20,000 bases of DNA from an uncultured virus (IMG/VR IMGVR_UViG_3300014043_000005) (lineage: Duplodnaviria > Heunggongvirae > Uroviricota > Caudoviricetes), in IMG/VR virus record IMGVR_UViG_3300014043_000005, one strand, 5' to 3'. Under the pieces are notes generated by a model that did no database searches, was not told the DNA's origin, and worked only from the letters and a program-made list of their open reading frames with translations. The position numbers and the translations under genes were made by a program. Below, piece after piece: positions 17,634 to 20,000 of the stretch (position 1 is its first letter; every line of letters begins with the position of its first letter).

Positions 17634-18776
17634 ATGATGGCGGATTATGGTTATCCGGGAACATGGTATATTGCAGCTGATGGAAGAAAACGCAGATGCA
17701 GGACAATCGGTGGTTCACCTTGTCATCAACATGCCAATGGCGGTCATATCACTGATGATGCTGGCAATGTCATCATTGCTTCCAATGAAACTGAATTGGA
17801 AGCGAAACTGCATGCCGGTTTGAAAACCGGCATGACTGGCGATGCTCATATGAAAACAAATGATGACATGATGGAAACGCAAGCATCTGATAAGGTTAAT
17901 AAACCGGCTGTGAAACCGCATGAACCGGCGATTCCAATGCCGGGAATGATGATGAACAGCAGTTTGAAGAAAAACATCATGATGAAACAAGCACGAGAAC
18001 GGAAACGTGAGCAAATCAAATTGGAACGCGCCAAACCAGAAACAAGCATTGATGACAGCATTAAAATACGTAATGGACTTGCGGATGAACTTAAAAAACA
18101 TGGTTCATGGATTTATGATTCCAATGTGTTCAAGGGATACACTGATAAAACAACCAGCCAGCTTGCTCATGAACTATATCCTGATGCGGTTGAGGGTGAT
18201 GTGGCGGAAAACCCATTGACACGCGACGCAAGGAACGTTTATCATAAACTGGATGGCAGAACACGATTCGCCGTCAAGGATTACACGGAAGTCGGTTATA
18301 AGCAAGTGAATGCGGATTTACGTGATGGGAACAAAATGGATACACGGAGCCATGAACTCATGGTAGGAATGGACAGGGCGATTCATGCGAATGCGCCATT
18401 GGAACATGACACTGTATTATATAGGACAATTGAATTGAACGATATGACAACCACTAACCGTGGAATTGAGGAGAAACGCGCGTATGACGCCATTGCATCC
18501 GGTGATGGCATTGTGGATAATCCGGCGTATATCAGCACATCATTCAAGGGGAGCCTGTTCGCGGCGGGTGAACATGAAAACACTGAAATCATCATTCTTG
18601 CGAAAGCGGGAACTCGTGGAATCGCAATAACTGACAGTCAATATGATGAACATGAGTATGTGATTGATCGCGGAACTCGAATGCGCGTGAAAGCGATTTA
18701 TGAAACAGGTGATTACAGGGATGCGGATAATTGGCGTTTGAAACATCCGGTGATAATCATGGAAACCATCCCATAA
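17634..18776 (+). CDS. ADP-ribosyltransferase ART5 with CCH leader
   Basis: YKQVNADLR, DTVLYR, YISTS, AGTRG, EHEYV, PVIIME; leader GTWYIAADGRKRRC.......CHQH. Confidence 0.85.
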   Translation: MMADYGYPGTWYIAADGRKRRCRTIGGSPCHQHANGGHITDDAGNVIIASNETELEAKLHAGLKTGMTGDAHMKTNDDMMETQASDKVNKPAVKPHEPAIPMPGMMMNSSLKKNIMMKQARERKREQIKLERAKPETSIDDSIKIRNGLADELKKHGSWIYDSNVFKGYTDKTTSQLAHELYPDAVEGDVAENPLTRDARNVYHKLDGRTRFAVKDYTEVGYKQVNADLRDGNKMDTRSHELMVGMDRAIHANAPLEHDTVLYRTIELNDMTTTNRGIEEKRAYDAIASGDGIVDNPAYISTSFKGSLFAAGEHENTEIIILAKAGTRGIAITDSQYDEHEYVIDRGTRMRVKAIYETGDYRDADNWRLKHPVIIMETIP

Positions 18777-18928
18777 ATGGCATCATATGCTATCATTGTG
18801 AGCAGGAAAAACGAAATTGAAAGGTGAATCTGATGCCGTTATTGAATGAGGAACTAATGAGCGCATGATAACAGCATTGAAATCATATCGCAATCATCAT
18901 AACATGATATGATAATACGACACGCTAT

Positions 18929-19256
18929 CAATCATGTGAGAGGGCGGCGGTGAATCACGCACACGCATAACCGACTCTCTATGTAGTGCTTTCAATCGAG
19001 AATTATATGATATTTTTAAATCAAATTTTGCATTATCCAAAAGAATATGATATTATAGTAAGCATGAGTTCATACAGGCGTTATAATTATCGGCTGCTTT
19101 GAATATTCTTGACTCCGTAGAGGTGATGTAAGACGAAGGCTGGCGCAAGCCAGTCGCAACGTTAACGCCAATGAAGCGGGAACCCACCGAACCGCAATCC
19201 TCCATTAAGGCGACCGGCGTAGGAATCCCACGCCTTCAGGCGTGGGAGGAAGTCAA
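18929..19256 (+). mobile_element. Miniature, internally deleted tnpB element retaining promoter and omegaRNA region
   Basis: Promoter TTGCAT-17-TATTAT; ATG 19064 MSSYRRYNYRL fused out of frame to AALNILD (19093-19113); right-end hairpin ending GGAAGTCAA at 19256; left boundary inferred. Confidence 0.8.
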
Positions 19257-19360
19257 TATGATTGACATTGTTTCATTAATATGATAGTATAATTATGTAA
19301 ATAATATTTTATTCATGTTAACATTGTTATCATGAACCGTTCTGGAAAGGATGATTTGAA

Positions 19361-19564
19361 ATGGCTGATAAGAATCTTGTGTATGGTGAATGCATTGTAT
19401 GCGGGCGTGAGGACACGATGAATCTGACTGACTCGCAGAAAACCGTGTATGATGCGCTGCGTGAAAGCGATGCCGATCTGAATGAATACAAGACCGCTTT
19501 CCCTGAATTCAATGCCGCGCAATGCGCATTCCTATGGGCCGGACTCTGCCCGCAGCATGCTTGA
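19361..19564 (+). CDS. Small putative Zn-binding protein (67 aa)
   Basis: CIVC and CPQH motifs; TGTTATCAT promoter (19325-19333) and AAAGGA RBS. Confidence 0.7.
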   Translation: MADKNLVYGECIVCGREDTMNLTDSQKTVYDALRESDADLNEYKTAFPEFNAAQCAFLWAGLCPQHA

Positions 19565-19650
19565 TTGAAAACATCATGCATACAGTTCACCACATGATGC
19601 TTTCAATGTCCGCGCGATATAATTGCGTTGATGATTCTCTGGAAGGAAAC

Positions 19651-19886
19651 ATGAGCATTATGAGTGAAATCATTGATGTCAGTGTTGCCAGTGTCAATTC
19701 AGGTGTCGCCGGAAGCGGTTTGCCGATTCTCGTGGGAGTTGACGGCAGTGATGCCAGTTATCGCTCGGTTCCATGAGCCAATCCCTCATTCAGCATTCCA
19801 ACATTCCGGTGTATATCGTTCCTCGTAAATATGTTGATTACCAGAGTGTTGTGGGAATTCCCCTGCTTATGAAGCATGAGGATTAA
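19651..19886 (+). pseudogene. Universal stress protein gene collapsed by internal deletion
   Basis: N-terminal ILVGVDGSDASYR joined out of frame (~19763) to C-terminal LGSMSQSLIQHSNIPVYIVPRKY, the first and last Usp signature motifs. Confidence 0.75.
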
Positions 19887-19987
19887 AAGCACAACCTGCT
19901 TACAATTAATAACATAATTAATGTAATCAACCAGCATGATTGATAATGTGATATCATTGAGAACAACACCGGGAAGGAGGAAACGTG

Positions 19988-20000
19988 ATGACACCAGAGG
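19988..20000 (+). CDS. Start of a gene truncated by the window edge
   Basis: TGATATCAT (19949-19957), GGAAGGAGG RBS, ATG. Confidence 0.45.

Noticed and set aside
15313..18746. Antisense ORFs of 70-177 aa over the ART genes
   Set aside because: Shadows of the sense-strand genes with no independent start signals or motifs
19758..19994. 78-aa minus-strand ORF
   Set aside because: Overlaps the usp C-terminal remnant and the promoter/RBS of the next plus-strand gene
1..20000. TAG stop-codon reassignment within this window
   Set aside because: Long genes are open in the standard code; the broken genes are interrupted mainly by frameshifts and TAA/TGA, not in-frame TAG

Overview
AT-rich, CATG/ATCAT-rich DNA that looks like a large phage or another large extrachromosomal element, probably of an actinobacterial (Bifidobacterium-like) host. 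That host call is inferred from leaderless extended -10 promoters and the RF2/Usp sequence style. Left part: hypothetical genes and a Cys-rich amidoligase-type gene, then a ~2.4 kb symmetric region (55-bp perfect inverted repeat plus iterated GGTTCACCTGAAAGC; candidate origin) into which an intact tnpB-only IS200/IS605 element has inserted. Middle: a release factor 2 homologue and small membrane proteins. Right part, the main finding: six co-oriented genes (10384-18776) share an N-terminal Cys-Cys-His leader. Five of them carry a C-terminal VIP2-like R-S-ExE ADP-ribosyltransferase domain, and four are preceded by the same 8-mer, GATAGATT. No cognate immunity genes are evident. This suggests a co-regulated arsenal of effectors targeted by their leader, possibly packaged in virions. 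The window also holds two orphan TnpB omegaRNA/right-end remnants, one of which keeps its promoter, and several genes collapsed by internal deletion, including a usp gene. All calls were made by eye; no searches were run.
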